Positions 16,512-25,925 of a stretch of DNA of 64,000 nt are shown one piece after another. The notes beneath the pieces are model-generated. The model saw only the letters and a program-made list of their open reading frames with translations, was not told the DNA's origin and made no database searches. The translations under genes were made by a program, and so were the position numbers. Source of the DNA: Caenibius sp. (GTDB lineage Bacteria > Pseudomonadota > Alphaproteobacteria > Sphingomonadales > Sphingomonadaceae); contig JAWKXU010000002.1 of NCBI GenBank assembly GCA_041396845.1, forward strand, positions 446,519 to 510,518, in the 5' to 3' direction. Each line of letters opens with the position of its first letter. Within the stretch, counting starts at the first letter, position 1.

Positions 16512-19500
16512 TAACGCAATCGAAAGCCCCCATCGCGAGGGGCGCCAATCTCATGGCCTGATCGGGATGATCCTCGATGTCGCGGTTCGTTTCCGCTGGG
16601 CCATGATCGTCCTGACGGTCGGCGCCGCAATCTGGGGGGCGATGAACCTGCTCAAGCTTCCGATCGATGCTGTGCCGGACATCACCAACGTTCAGGTGCA
16701 GATCAACACCGAGGCGCCGGCACTGTCGCCTGCGCAAGTTGAAACCCAGGTGACCTATCCGATCGAGACCGGCCTGGCAGGGATCGAGGGGCTCGACTTC
16801 ACACGCTCGATCTCGCGCAACGGGTTCAGTCAGGTCACCGCCATCTTCGAGGAGGGGACCGATCTCTATTTCGCACGCCAACAGGTGAACGAGCGTCTGG
16901 CTCCCCTGACCGCTGCGCTGCCGGAAGGCGCGGAACCGATCATGGGCCCGATATCGACCGGTCTCGGCGAAGTGCTCATGTACACGATCGAATATGAGCA
17001 CCCCGGCGGGAACGGCGCCCCTGTAGGCGGCACGACCGGATGGCAGGCGGACGGCAGCTTCGTCACCGAACGTGGCGACAGGCTGGACAGCGATGTCGCA
17101 AAGGCCGCGTATTTGCGCACGGTACAGGACTGGATCGTGGCGCCGCTGATGCGCTCGACACCGGGCGTCGCCGGGGTGGATTCCATCGGCGGCTTCGAGA
17201 AGAAGTATCTCGTCCAGCCCGATCCGTCGCGCCTGACCGGCTACGGCTTGTCATTCGACGACCTGATCAATGCGCTGGAGGCTGCCAACCTTGCCGAGGG
17301 TGCGAACTTCGTCGACCGCGCGGGTGAGGCATTGCTCGCGCGGGTCGATGCCCGGCTCGGTAGCATCGAAGATATCGAGCAGGCCGTTGTCGCGACACGC
17401 GAAGGCGTTCCGATCCGCATCGTCGATGTCGCGACCGTCAGCATCGGCGGCGAGCTCAGAACCGGCGCGGCTTCGCTCAACGGCGACGAGGCGGTTGTGG
17501 GCACAGTGCTTATGCGTGCAGGCGAAAACAGCCGCACCGTTTCGGCGCAGGCTGCCGAACGGCTTGAGGAGGTGCGCGCTTCGCTGCCGGACGGGGTCGA
17601 AGCGGAGATTGTCTACAATCGCTCCTCGCTGGTCGATGCCACCATCGCCACTGTCGAGAAGAACCTCGTCGAAGGGGCGCTGCTCGTTATCGTGGTGCTG
17701 TTCCTGCTGCTTGGCAATATCCGCGCCGCGATCATCGCCGCGCTGGTCATTCCGATATCGATGCTGATGGCCGCAATCGGCATGAACCGGCTTGGCGTGT
17801 CGGGTAATCTGATGAGCCTTGGCGCACTCGACTTCGGCCTGATCGTCGACGGAGCGGTCATCATCGTCGAAAACAGCGTCGCGCGGCTTGCCGCCCGCCA
17901 GCACAGCGAAGGGCGGCTGCTCACGTTGGGCGAGAGGCTAACCGAAGCGAGGCTGGCGGCGCAGGAAATGATCAAGCCGACCGTTTATGGGCAGGCGATC
18001 ATCCTGCTGGTCTACGCGCCTCTGCTCACCTTCACCGGGGTCGAAGGCAAGACCTTCTCGCCCATGGCCATCACGGTGATGCTGGCGCTGGCTTCGGCGT
18101 TCGTCCTGTCGCTGACTTTCGTGCCAGCGATGATCGCCGTGCTGCTCAACAAGAAGCTCACCGAAAAGGAAGTGAAGCCGGTTCGCCTGGCAAAGGAACG
18201 CTATGGGCCCGCGCTGCGCCGCGCCATAGCGCGTCCGTGGCCGGTGATCGGCGTAGGGGCGGGACTGTTCGCGGTCGCGGCCTTCATGTTCAGCTTCCTT
18301 GGCAGCGAATTCACGCCGCAGCTCGACGAGCGCGACCTCGCCGTGCAGGCCCTGCGCATCCCGTCGACCCCGCTCGAGCGGTCGCTCGAAATGCAGCGCA
18401 AGGTCGAAAACCGGCTTGAGCAGTTTCCGCAGGTCGCACTGGTCTTCTCCCGCACAGGTACGGCTGAGGTGGCAACCGATCCGATGCCGCCCAACGCGTC
18501 CGATGCCTATGTCATTTTGAAGCCGCGTGACGAATGGCCGGATCCTGGTCTGTCCAAGGATGACCTGGTCGCCGAGATGGAAAGCGCGCTTGGTGCCCTC
18601 GTGGGCAATGCCTACGAATTCAGCCAGCCGATCGAGCTTCGCTTCAACGAGCTGATCGCGGGCGTACGCGGTGATCTCGCCGTCAAGCTCTATGGCGACG
18701 ATCTCACCGCTATGACCGCTGCTGCCAACGAGGTTGCCGGGGTTCTGCAGGGCATCGAGGGCGCGGCCGACGTCAAGGTCCAGCAGGTGACCGGCTTCCC
18801 GACGCTCGACATCGCGTTCGACCGGCCCACCATCGCGCGTTATGGCCTTACGGTCGAAGACGTGGCCCAATCGGTCGCCATTGCTCTTGGAGGCAGGCCC
18901 GCCGGGCTGGTCTTCGAAGGCGACCGCCGGTTCGATGTCGTCGTTCGCCTGTCGAATGCGGCGCGGGACGATTTCGACCAGCTCGGTGCGCTCCCGATCC
19001 TGCTGCCGGGCGGTTCGACGATACCCTTGCGCTCGGTTGCCGAGTTCCGGGTGGTCGACGGGCTGGCAGAAGTTCGCCGCGAGCAGGGCCGCAGGCTCGT
19101 GATCGTATCCGCTAATGTCCGCGAGCGCGATCTCGGCTCGTTCGTGGAAGAAGCGCAGGCACAGGTGGGCGACAGGGTCGAACTGCCGCCCGCATCGTTC
19201 ATCGAATGGGGCGGGCAGTACCAGAACCTGCAGGCCGCGAAGGAACGGCTCTCGATCGTGGTGCCGATCTGCTTCACGGTCGTCCTCTTGCTGCTGTTCA
19301 TGGCGCTGGGCGGATGGATTCCGGCCTTGTCGGTGTTCAGCGCGATCCCGATGGCGCTTGCAGGCGGTGTTTTCGCATTGGCTCTCAGGGGTATGCCGTT
19401 CTCGGTCTCCGCTGCGGTCGGCTTCATCGCATTGTCGGGCGTTGCCGTCCTCAATGGCCTCGTGATGATGACCGCGATCCGCCAGCGGCTCGATGCGGGA

Positions 19501-19821
19501 CTGGCTCTCGACGATGCCATTTGCGAAGGCGCACTGGCTCGCTTGCGACCGGTCCTGATGACGGCTCTGGTGGCATCGCTCGGCTTCGTGCCCATGGCGA
19601 TAGCCACTGGCACCGGAGCCGAAGTGCAGCGACCTCTCGCGACGGTGGTCATCGGCGGTCTGATCACCGCCACGGCACTCACCTTGTTCGTGCTTCCGGC
19701 CATAGCTCGGCTTGTCCTGCAAACGGATGAGGACAAACGAAGCTGGCGGGAAAAGTGGTGGGATCGCATTCGGCGCAATCTCACTCGGACAGAGCGCCGC
19801 GAGTGGTCTGAAATGACCTGA
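16501..19821 (+). CDS. czcA: CusA/CzcA-family heavy-metal RND transporter
   Basis: ORF 16492..19821 (~1100 aa), typical HME-RND length and sequence (..ISRNGFSQVTAIFEEGTDLYFARQQVNERL..). ATG 16501 overlaps the czcB end. Confidence 0.9.
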   Translation: MATDNAIESPHREGRQSHGLIGMILDVAVRFRWAMIVLTVGAAIWGAMNLLKLPIDAVPDITNVQVQINTEAPALSPAQVETQVTYPIETGLAGIEGLDFTRSISRNGFSQVTAIFEEGTDLYFARQQVNERLAPLTAALPEGAEPIMGPISTGLGEVLMYTIEYEHPGGNGAPVGGTTGWQADGSFVTERGDRLDSDVAKAAYLRTVQDWIVAPLMRSTPGVAGVDSIGGFEKKYLVQPDPSRLTGYGLSFDDLINALEAANLAEGANFVDRAGEALLARVDARLGSIEDIEQAVVATREGVPIRIVDVATVSIGGELRTGAASLNGDEAVVGTVLMRAGENSRTVSAQAAERLEEVRASLPDGVEAEIVYNRSSLVDATIATVEKNLVEGALLVIVVLFLLLGNIRAAIIAALVIPISMLMAAIGMNRLGVSGNLMSLGALDFGLIVDGAVIIVENSVARLAARQHSEGRLLTLGERLTEARLAAQEMIKPTVYGQAIILLVYAPLLTFTGVEGKTFSPMAITVMLALASAFVLSLTFVPAMIAVLLNKKLTEKEVKPVRLAKERYGPALRRAIARPWPVIGVGAGLFAVAAFMFSFLGSEFTPQLDERDLAVQALRIPSTPLERSLEMQRKVENRLEQFPQVALVFSRTGTAEVATDPMPPNASDAYVILKPRDEWPDPGLSKDDLVAEMESALGALVGNAYEFSQPIELRFNELIAGVRGDLAVKLYGDDLTAMTAAANEVAGVLQGIEGAADVKVQQVTGFPTLDIAFDRPTIARYGLTVEDVAQSVAIALGGRPAGLVFEGDRRFDVVVRLSNAARDDFDQLGALPILLPGGSTIPLRSVAEFRVVDGLAEVRREQGRRLVIVSANVRERDLGSFVEEAQAQVGDRVELPPASFIEWGGQYQNLQAAKERLSIVVPICFTVVLLLLFMALGGWIPALSVFSAIPMALAGGVFALALRGMPFSVSAAVGFIALSGVAVLNGLVMMTAIRQRLDAGLALDDAICEGALARLRPVLMTALVASLGFVPMAIATGTGAEVQRPLATVVIGGLITATALTLFVLPAIARLVLQTDEDKRSWREKWWDRIRRNLTRTERREWSEMT

Positions 19822-19834
19822 CGATCATCTGCGT

Positions 19835-19868
19835 CTTCCGGAGGAAGCCCTTTGGTTTCCTCCGGAAG
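19835..19868 (+). terminator. strong hairpin after czcA
   Basis: Perfect 12-bp stem CTTCCGGAGGAA / TTCCTCCGGAAG with a 10-nt loop. No T-run follows. Confidence 0.45.
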
Positions 19869-20019
19869 CCCTGATCGTACCGAAAGTAGGATTCTGTTCA
19901 TGCTGCCCAAGCTCTATGCCCGCTACGGCCAACACATGGAGGAAACTGAACACAACGGGCACACGCAAGTAGGGAGTACAGAGCGCTCCAGCCCACTCTT
20001 CGAGAAGGAAGATTATCCC

Positions 20020-20325
20020 ATGGTAGAACGTTCATTGAAGCAAGGGCTTCCCTGTCCTGCCTGCAACGTTGCTCTCGTTATGAGCGATAGGCAAGGCATC
20101 GAAATTGACTACTGCCCGCAATGCCGGGGCGTGTGGCTCGACCGAGGCGAACTCGACAAGATTATCGAACGCAGCGCAGTCGAAACAGCCTCGTATTCGG
20201 CACGCTCCGCAGGTTTCCAACGCGAAAGGGGAAGCCACGGAAGTGGTTATGACCACGACCGCCATGGTCACGGCCACCATAAGCGCCGCCGTCGTAAGAG
20301 CTTTTTTCAAGAGCTTTTCGACTGA
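20020..20325 (+). CDS. TFIIB-type zinc-ribbon protein with His-rich basic tail
   Basis: ORF 19852..20325, trimmed to ATG 20020 (GAAGGAAG upstream). CPACN..CPQCRGVWLDRGELDKII and tail GSHGSGYDHDRHGHGHHKRRRRK. Confidence 0.65.
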   Translation: MVERSLKQGLPCPACNVALVMSDRQGIEIDYCPQCRGVWLDRGELDKIIERSAVETASYSARSAGFQRERGSHGSGYDHDRHGHGHHKRRRRKSFFQELFD

Positions 20326-20326
20326 G

Positions 20327-20797
20327 ATGTCACTGACTGACCCCCCACAAGCAAAAGCCCCCCTTGCGTGCTTGTGCGAGAAGGGTCCGCGCCGTGAGCG
20401 TCTTCCCCAGGCGCTCACGGCGAAAGAATGCAGCCGCCCGGCGCTCGCGCTCCTATCGAGCATATTCCTGCTGGTCGTCAGTTCAGGTTGCTCGCCCGAT
20501 TCTGATGCTGAAAAGGCCGGCGGCGCGTCGCACTTGGTCGGCACGCACATCTTTACGTGCGAGGATGGGAAGAAAGTAAGCGTTGAGTTTGTCGGGGACG
20601 GCCTGACGATCAATCTCGCGACGTTGCCGGACGGCGAAGCCGAACGTCTGACTTCCCCGGCAGCCGGAGTCACGTATTTCAGTGACTATGTGAACCTCGC
20701 GGTTTCGGGTGATGCGATCGCGATCCTGCGCGCCGACGTCCCATCGCAAGTCTGCCGCCGGGATAACCGGAAGCGGGCCGGCCAACCGCCTCCCTAG
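20327..20797 (+). CDS. putative lipoprotein, MliC-like fold
   Basis: ATG 20327, 1 nt after the previous stop, in the frame of ORF 20105..20797. Lipobox-like LLVVSSGC. C-terminal ..HIFTCEDGKKVSVEFVGDGLTINLATLPDG..VTYFSD..C. The long pre-lipobox segment makes the start uncertain. Confidence 0.4.
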   Translation: MSLTDPPQAKAPLACLCEKGPRRERLPQALTAKECSRPALALLSSIFLLVVSSGCSPDSDAEKAGGASHLVGTHIFTCEDGKKVSVEFVGDGLTINLATLPDGEAERLTSPAAGVTYFSDYVNLAVSGDAIAILRADVPSQVCRRDNRKRAGQPPP

Positions 20798-20860
20798 CGG
20801 CCCGCCGCCGCACTTTCTGGCGCTGGCGCTACAACCCCCGAATTCATCAGAGGAAATTCC

Positions 20861-23362
20861 ATGTCGCAAAAGCTTCAGCTCGATATACCGCTCATCCTTC
20901 CCGAGATCCCGGACGTTAACGACGCCTGTGTCGAGCGGCTGACAGCCAACCTTGCGGCGCGACCGGGAATAGAGAAAGCGCATATCGTGCCGGCCGAAGG
21001 AGACAAGCCGGCTCTACTGTGCATTCACTATGATCGCGAGACCCTTTCTCTGGGCCGCATCCGCGACATTGCCCAAGCGGCCGGCGCGGCCATCTCCGAG
21101 CGATATGGCCATGTGCTGTGGCCGGTTAAAGGGATCACTCACCAGCGAAAGGCGCGAACTGTAAGCACGCGGTTGCGAACCCTGCGGGGTGTAATCGAAG
21201 CCGATGCCAATGCCGCCGGCATGGTGCGCGTGGAATTTGATCGGGAACAGATTTCGGAACGGCAAATCTTCCGCGTGCTCGCACGGATGGGGGTCAGTCA
21301 GACAAGACGGACGCTGGTATATTCTCCCGAGGATGCGCGTTCAGGGGACGACCTTAGCACCGATGACGCAAAGGGCGCGCGCACGAAGACCGACGGTCAC
21401 GACCATGATCATGGCGCTTTCCTTGGCCCCAACGCTGAACTCATTTTCGCGCTCGCCTGCGGCGCCTTGCTCGGCATTGGTTTCGCCATCGAAAAGTTCG
21501 TCTTGGCAGCACCGGGCTGGCTTCCGACTGCGCTCTATATCATCGCCTACTTCTTCGGTGGCTTCTTCACCCTGCGCGAGGCGATCGACAATCTCAGGCT
21601 ACACAATTTCGAAATCGATACCCTGATGCTGGTCGCCGCCGCGGGAGCGGCTGCGGTGGGTGCCTTTGCCGAAGGGGCATTGCTGCTGTTCCTGTTCAGC
21701 CTTGGCCATGCGCTGGAGCATTACGCGATGGGGCGGGCCAAGCGCGCGATCGAGGCTCTGGCCGAGCTGGCACCGCAAACAGCACTGCTCCGGCTGGAAA
21801 GCGGCGGCAGCGAAGAGATCGCCGTTGAAAAGCTGGTGCCGGGCGATGTCATCGTCGTCAGGCCCGATGCCCGCATCCCGGCCGACGGCTTCATCGTCAA
21901 GGGCACGACCAGCATCAATCAGGCACCCGTGACCGGCGAAAGCATGCCGGTGGACAAACATGCCGTGCCGGACGAGACGCTTGCCCGGTCCAATCCGCAG
22001 CAGATCGACGCGGCCAGCAGGACATTCGCCGGGACCATCAACGGCAGCGGCCTGATTGAGGTCGAGGTCACGCGCCTTTCGAGCGAAAGCACGCTCGCAA
22101 AGGTCGTGGAGATGGTCAGCGAGGCCGAGACTCAGAAGTCGCCGACCCAACGCTTTACCGACCGCTTTGAGCGATTATTCGTACCGATCGTCCTGTTGCT
22201 CGCGTTCGTGATGCTTTTCGCATGGATCGTGGTGGACGAGCCGTTCAGTGCCAGTTTCTACCGGGCCATGGCCGTTCTGGTCGCGGCAAGCCCTTGCGCG
22301 CTGGCTATCGCCACGCCGAGCGCGGTCTTGTCCGGCGTGGCCCGAGCCGCACGAGGCGGGGTTCTCGTGAAGGGCGGCGCACCGTTGGAACTGCTGGGCT
22401 CGCTGAAAGCAGTGGCCTTCGACAAGACCGGTACGCTCACCCGCGGCGAACCTCAGATTCAGCGCATCGTTCCGGCGAAAGGTGTGACGGAAGCAGAACT
22501 GATGGCCGTGGCCGTCGCAGTGGAGAGCTTGTCGGACCATCCGCTTGCGAAAGCCATCGCCCGTGATGGTCGGAACTATGTGGGCGAATACCCGATTCCC
22601 AAGGCTAACGATCTCAAGAGCATGACCGGCATGGGAGTTCGCGCGGCGGTGGCCGGGCAGATGGTCCTGATCGGCAAGCCCGAAATGTTCGGTGCCGATG
22701 GCGTCCAAGAGCTTTCGGACGAGATGGCGGCAGCCATCGAGCAGCTGCGCGAAGGCGGTCACACCTCAATGGTCGTGCGGCGCGAAAATCTTGATTTGGG
22801 GGCGATCGGACTGATGGACACCCCACGCGAATCCGCGCGGAGCGCGCTCGAACAGTTGCGGGCAATCGGCATCGAACGGATGATCATGATCTCCGGAGAC
22901 CACCAGCGCGCGGCGGAAGGGATCGCCGCGCAGGTGGGCATCGACGAAGCATGGGGGGACCTCATGCCTGAAGACAAGGTCGAGGCGATCAAGAAGATTC
23001 GCGCCGAAGCCAAGGTTGCGATGGTCGGTGATGGCGTCAACGACGCCCCTGCCATGGCGACCGCGACCGTGGGCATCGCGATGGGCGCGGCCGGATCCGA
23101 CGTCGCGCTGGAAACCGCAGACGTTGCGCTGATGGCCGACGACCTGTCTCATCTGCCATTTGCCGTGGGGCTAAGCCGGACGACGCGATCGATCATCTTG
23201 CAGAATGTCTTTGTCAGCCTCGGCGTCGTCGTCTTCCTGGTGCCGGCGACCATTTTGGGGCTGGGCATCGGACCGGCCGTGGCGGTGCATGAAGGATCGA
23301 CGCTTCTCGTCGTCTTTAACGCTCTGCGCCTGCTCGCATATCGCGACAAGAGCCACGCATGA
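20861..23362 (+). CDS. heavy-metal P1B-type ATPase, SPC/HEGST (P1B-4-like, CzcP-like) signature
   Basis: TGES, DKTGTLT, GDGVNDAPA. Transmembrane signature AASPCALAIATP and C-terminal HEGSTLLVVFNALRLL. ~190-aa N-terminal extension without CxxC. Confidence 0.9.
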   Translation: MSQKLQLDIPLILPEIPDVNDACVERLTANLAARPGIEKAHIVPAEGDKPALLCIHYDRETLSLGRIRDIAQAAGAAISERYGHVLWPVKGITHQRKARTVSTRLRTLRGVIEADANAAGMVRVEFDREQISERQIFRVLARMGVSQTRRTLVYSPEDARSGDDLSTDDAKGARTKTDGHDHDHGAFLGPNAELIFALACGALLGIGFAIEKFVLAAPGWLPTALYIIAYFFGGFFTLREAIDNLRLHNFEIDTLMLVAAAGAAAVGAFAEGALLLFLFSLGHALEHYAMGRAKRAIEALAELAPQTALLRLESGGSEEIAVEKLVPGDVIVVRPDARIPADGFIVKGTTSINQAPVTGESMPVDKHAVPDETLARSNPQQIDAASRTFAGTINGSGLIEVEVTRLSSESTLAKVVEMVSEAETQKSPTQRFTDRFERLFVPIVLLLAFVMLFAWIVVDEPFSASFYRAMAVLVAASPCALAIATPSAVLSGVARAARGGVLVKGGAPLELLGSLKAVAFDKTGTLTRGEPQIQRIVPAKGVTEAELMAVAVAVESLSDHPLAKAIARDGRNYVGEYPIPKANDLKSMTGMGVRAAVAGQMVLIGKPEMFGADGVQELSDEMAAAIEQLREGGHTSMVVRRENLDLGAIGLMDTPRESARSALEQLRAIGIERMIMISGDHQRAAEGIAAQVGIDEAWGDLMPEDKVEAIKKIRAEAKVAMVGDGVNDAPAMATATVGIAMGAAGSDVALETADVALMADDLSHLPFAVGLSRTTRSIILQNVFVSLGVVVFLVPATILGLGIGPAVAVHEGSTLLVVFNALRLLAYRDKSHA

Positions 23363-23449
23363 AATTGCACCTTGGTTAAGCATGAGCGGAGCATTTCCGC
23401 CGACTTCTGACAGCTTCGATGATTTCAGAGGTTTGGTTAGTATTTTCAT

Positions 23450-24409
23450 TTGAGAAAGTTAGTGATCGAATTACGCCAGCTTCGCTATCTGATCGCGGCC
23501 GCGGAGGCAGGAAGTTTCAGCCGCGCGGCGCGTCTTCTCAACATCAAGCAGGCCACGCTCAGCCGGCATGTACTGGAAGTCGAAAGGCGGCTCGGAATAG
23601 TTCTCTTCGACCGAAAGACACGTGGCGCGACCCTGACGCCGAACGGCAGAACCTATCTGGAGACGGCCCAGCGGATCGTGAACGAATTCGAGGAATTGAA
23701 CCACTGGGTTCGTGCAACGAAGACCGGCCACGCCGGCCGGCTCGCAATTGGCTTTTACACCTCATTTTCAGCCGGAAATCTTCGTGCGACAGTCAGCGAG
23801 TTCGGCGAGCGGTTTCCCGATGTGAAGGTACGCGGCTTCGAGCGGGGCCGCGATATGCTGCTCGCGGGAATCGAGAACAGGTTGCTCGACATCGCGATCA
23901 TGATCGGCGAGGCTCCTTATCGGGGACTGATGAGCCGCCCATTCTGGAGCGAGCGTATCCTCGTGGCGATGCCGGAAGGTCATCCGCTTGCCGAGCGTGA
24001 CCGGCTTCACTGGACCGACCTGACCGGCGAACGCTTCCTGCTGACGGCGCGCGATCCCGGTCCTGAAACGCGCAACCTGCTCTTGGGCAAGCTAGGAATG
24101 CCAGGCTACGCGCCCGAGATAGACATGGATGATGTGAGCCGCGACACAGTGCTCGGCGTCATCGCACTTGGCGGACGGATCTCGGTCGTCGCGGAATCCG
24201 CACTCGGCATTCAGGTGCCGAATGTGGTGTTCCGCGAAGTCCATGAAACCAACGGCCAAATGCGGATCGGCTATTCGGGCTATTGGCGCGAGGATAATGA
24301 AAATCCCGTTCTACGCCGGTTCCTCGATTTCGTGGCCGTCCGCTATTCGCTGCCGCCCATCCCGGCGCGGACGCCATCGGCTCAACAATCGGGAGAGGAA
24401 CAGTCATGA
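23450..24409 (+). CDS. LysR-family transcriptional regulator
   Basis: N-terminal HTH LRQLRYLIAAAEAGSFSRAARLLNIKQATLSRHV. 319 aa. Non-ATG start (TTG 23450 or GTG 23462). Confidence 0.85.
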   Translation: MRKLVIELRQLRYLIAAAEAGSFSRAARLLNIKQATLSRHVLEVERRLGIVLFDRKTRGATLTPNGRTYLETAQRIVNEFEELNHWVRATKTGHAGRLAIGFYTSFSAGNLRATVSEFGERFPDVKVRGFERGRDMLLAGIENRLLDIAIMIGEAPYRGLMSRPFWSERILVAMPEGHPLAERDRLHWTDLTGERFLLTARDPGPETRNLLLGKLGMPGYAPEIDMDDVSRDTVLGVIALGGRISVVAESALGIQVPNVVFREVHETNGQMRIGYSGYWREDNENPVLRRFLDFVAVRYSLPPIPARTPSAQQSGEEQS

Positions 24410-24714
24410 CTCAAGGCAAGACACTCATCATCGCGCTCATCACGGTGGTCGTCGGATTTGGCGCCGGATTTGTATTGCGGCCTGTCATCGCACCCGCTCC
24501 GCAGACGGCAAGCATTCCAGCTTCGGCATCCATAGCTTCGGCTGCAACCGGACCACGCGGCAAGCAGTATTTCGCCGCCCATCTCGACGAAGCGCGGCAT
24601 GTCCAGGCGCAATGCGCGGAAGGAACGGTTCGCGGCGACGAATGCTTCAATGCCGAAATGGCAGCCGTGGAAGCAAACGGCAGGGCGCGGTCAAAGCGGT
24701 TCTTTGGCAATTGA
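24406..24714 (+). CDS. small membrane-anchored protein resembling TrbK/EexN entry-exclusion proteins
   Basis: ATGA overlap with the lysR stop. N-terminal TM segment LIIALITVVVGFGAGFVL. C-terminal YFAAHLDEARHVQAQCAEGTVRGDECFNAEMAA (Y-x-AH-x-DE...C...C-x-NA pattern). Confidence 0.4.
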   Translation: MTQGKTLIIALITVVVGFGAGFVLRPVIAPAPQTASIPASASIASAATGPRGKQYFAAHLDEARHVQAQCAEGTVRGDECFNAEMAAVEANGRARSKRFFGN

Positions 24715-24733
24715 GGCGGGATATAAGTCGCCG

Positions 24734-24955
24734 TCAGTTCGCTTGGGAACGATGCCGGCGAAAAGCCCGATCGGTCGCCATGAACCGGGCCAGCATCGGC
24801 GCGATCAGTTTTTCCGGCGGGACGGCATCGCCACCGGTCTCGGCCGCCAGCGCGGCAGCATAGGCGACAAGGTCGCGATGGACGGTAGCCGGTAGTTCGA
24901 CCGTGACCTTTACCGGCTTGTCGTCAACCAGCAGCCCAAGCTTCAGTTTCGTCAT
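24734..24955 (-). CDS. DUF2274 protein (follows trbI in Trb-type ICEs)
   Basis: MTKLKLGLLVDDKPVKVTVELPATVHRDLVAYAAAL..LIAPMLARFMATDRAF. Confidence 0.8.
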   Translation of the reverse strand: MTKLKLGLLVDDKPVKVTVELPATVHRDLVAYAAALAAETGGDAVPPEKLIAPMLARFMATDRAFRRHRSQAN

Positions 24956-25925
24956 CGCGAGCCTCCCACCGGCTCCAATATGAGGTCGCGGGCCAGGATC
25001 ACGCGCAAGGGATGCCCCGGCCGGACGGTCAGCGTGGGCTGCACGTTCAACTGCCGGTAGACGATCCGCTGGCCTGTCTGATTGATAGTGCTTTGTGATC
25101 CTCGACGCAGCGCGCGAGTCAGATCGTCATCACTGTCCGCGCCCAACTCGGCGCCTACGCCAAGCAACGTCGAAATAGCCGCAGCCCGGAGCAGATTACC
25201 CCAGTGGTGGTTCACGCGGTCCTGCAAGCCGGCATAGCCCGCAGTGTCCGCGCCGGGCTGGCGCTCAAGGTTGATCGAGCGGCCGTTCGGCAGGATGAGC
25301 CGATCCCAGGCCAGTAGGACACGGGTCTGCCCGGCGGCGATGTCGCTGTCATATTCGCCGATCAGTCGGGAGCCTTGCGGAATGAGCAGAATGCGCCCCG
25401 TTGGACTGTCATAGACATTCGCGGTCACCTGCGCGGTGATCTGGCCGGGGAGGTCGGAACGAATGCCGGTGATGAGCGCGGCCGGAATGATGCTGCCGGC
25501 CTGAAGGAGATTGGGCGATGGAAGCCCGGTCAGCCGTTCGGTGCTCACCGTTCGCCGGCCGGATGCCTGCTGCAGAAATCCACGCTTGGCTGCCTGGTCA
25601 CCTTGCGGTGCGACTTCTCCCTGATCGGCCGGTGTCTGTGCCGTGAGATCAGGCAAGACCGGCAGCGACGAAGTCGCGGCGGCTCCTCCCACAGACCCAC
25701 CACCAGGAAAGACAGTGCTGGTCCGGGCGGCATCACGCTCCTGTGCGGCGCGCTGGCGTGCGGCTTCTTCGGCCTGCGCGCGCGGATCGGGCTGCGCGCC
25801 GACCGGCGGCACAGGCACATTCTCGCCGCGCTCGCGCGCCGCGACGATGGGGCCGCCGAGATCGCCGGGCAGCGGTTCGCCGAGCCTGGGCACATCGCCA
25901 TAGTCCTTCGGTCCTGACGTGATGG
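24952..25925 (-). pseudogene. trbI: conjugal transfer protein TrbI (VirB10-like), N-terminus removed by IS21
   Basis: C-terminal core ..IPAALITGIRSDLPGQITAQVTANVYDSPTGRILLIPQGSRLIGEYDS..RVLLAWDRLILPNGRSI... The frame runs into the IS21 end at 25926 without a start or TM segment. Confidence 0.8.

Noticed and set aside
17938-19722. 594-aa minus-strand ORF. Similar long antisense ORFs at 38108-39106, 40366-41553, 51165-52157, 33803-34942, 54430-55263, 26789-27763, 32241-33248 and 60812-61666.
   Set aside because: Each lies opposite a gene with clear family motifs (czcA, guaA, tldD, nrdB, ybbN-like, murJ, istA, parB-like, Fe-S protein). Their translations are Arg/Gly/His/Pro-rich low-complexity, the usual shadow frames of high-GC DNA.
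20105-20326. Upstream part of the 230-aa ORF 20105-20797 overlapping the Zn-ribbon gene.
   Set aside because: It overlaps the well-supported Zn-ribbon CDS in another frame. Only the part from ATG 20327 (right after that gene's stop) has lipoprotein-like features.
25733-25925. C-terminal 63 aa of the IstB ORF as a genuine extra domain.
   Set aside because: This part is encoded outside the IS terminal repeat, in an alternative frame of trbI, and is Arg/Ala-rich. It is read-through into whatever flanks the IS.
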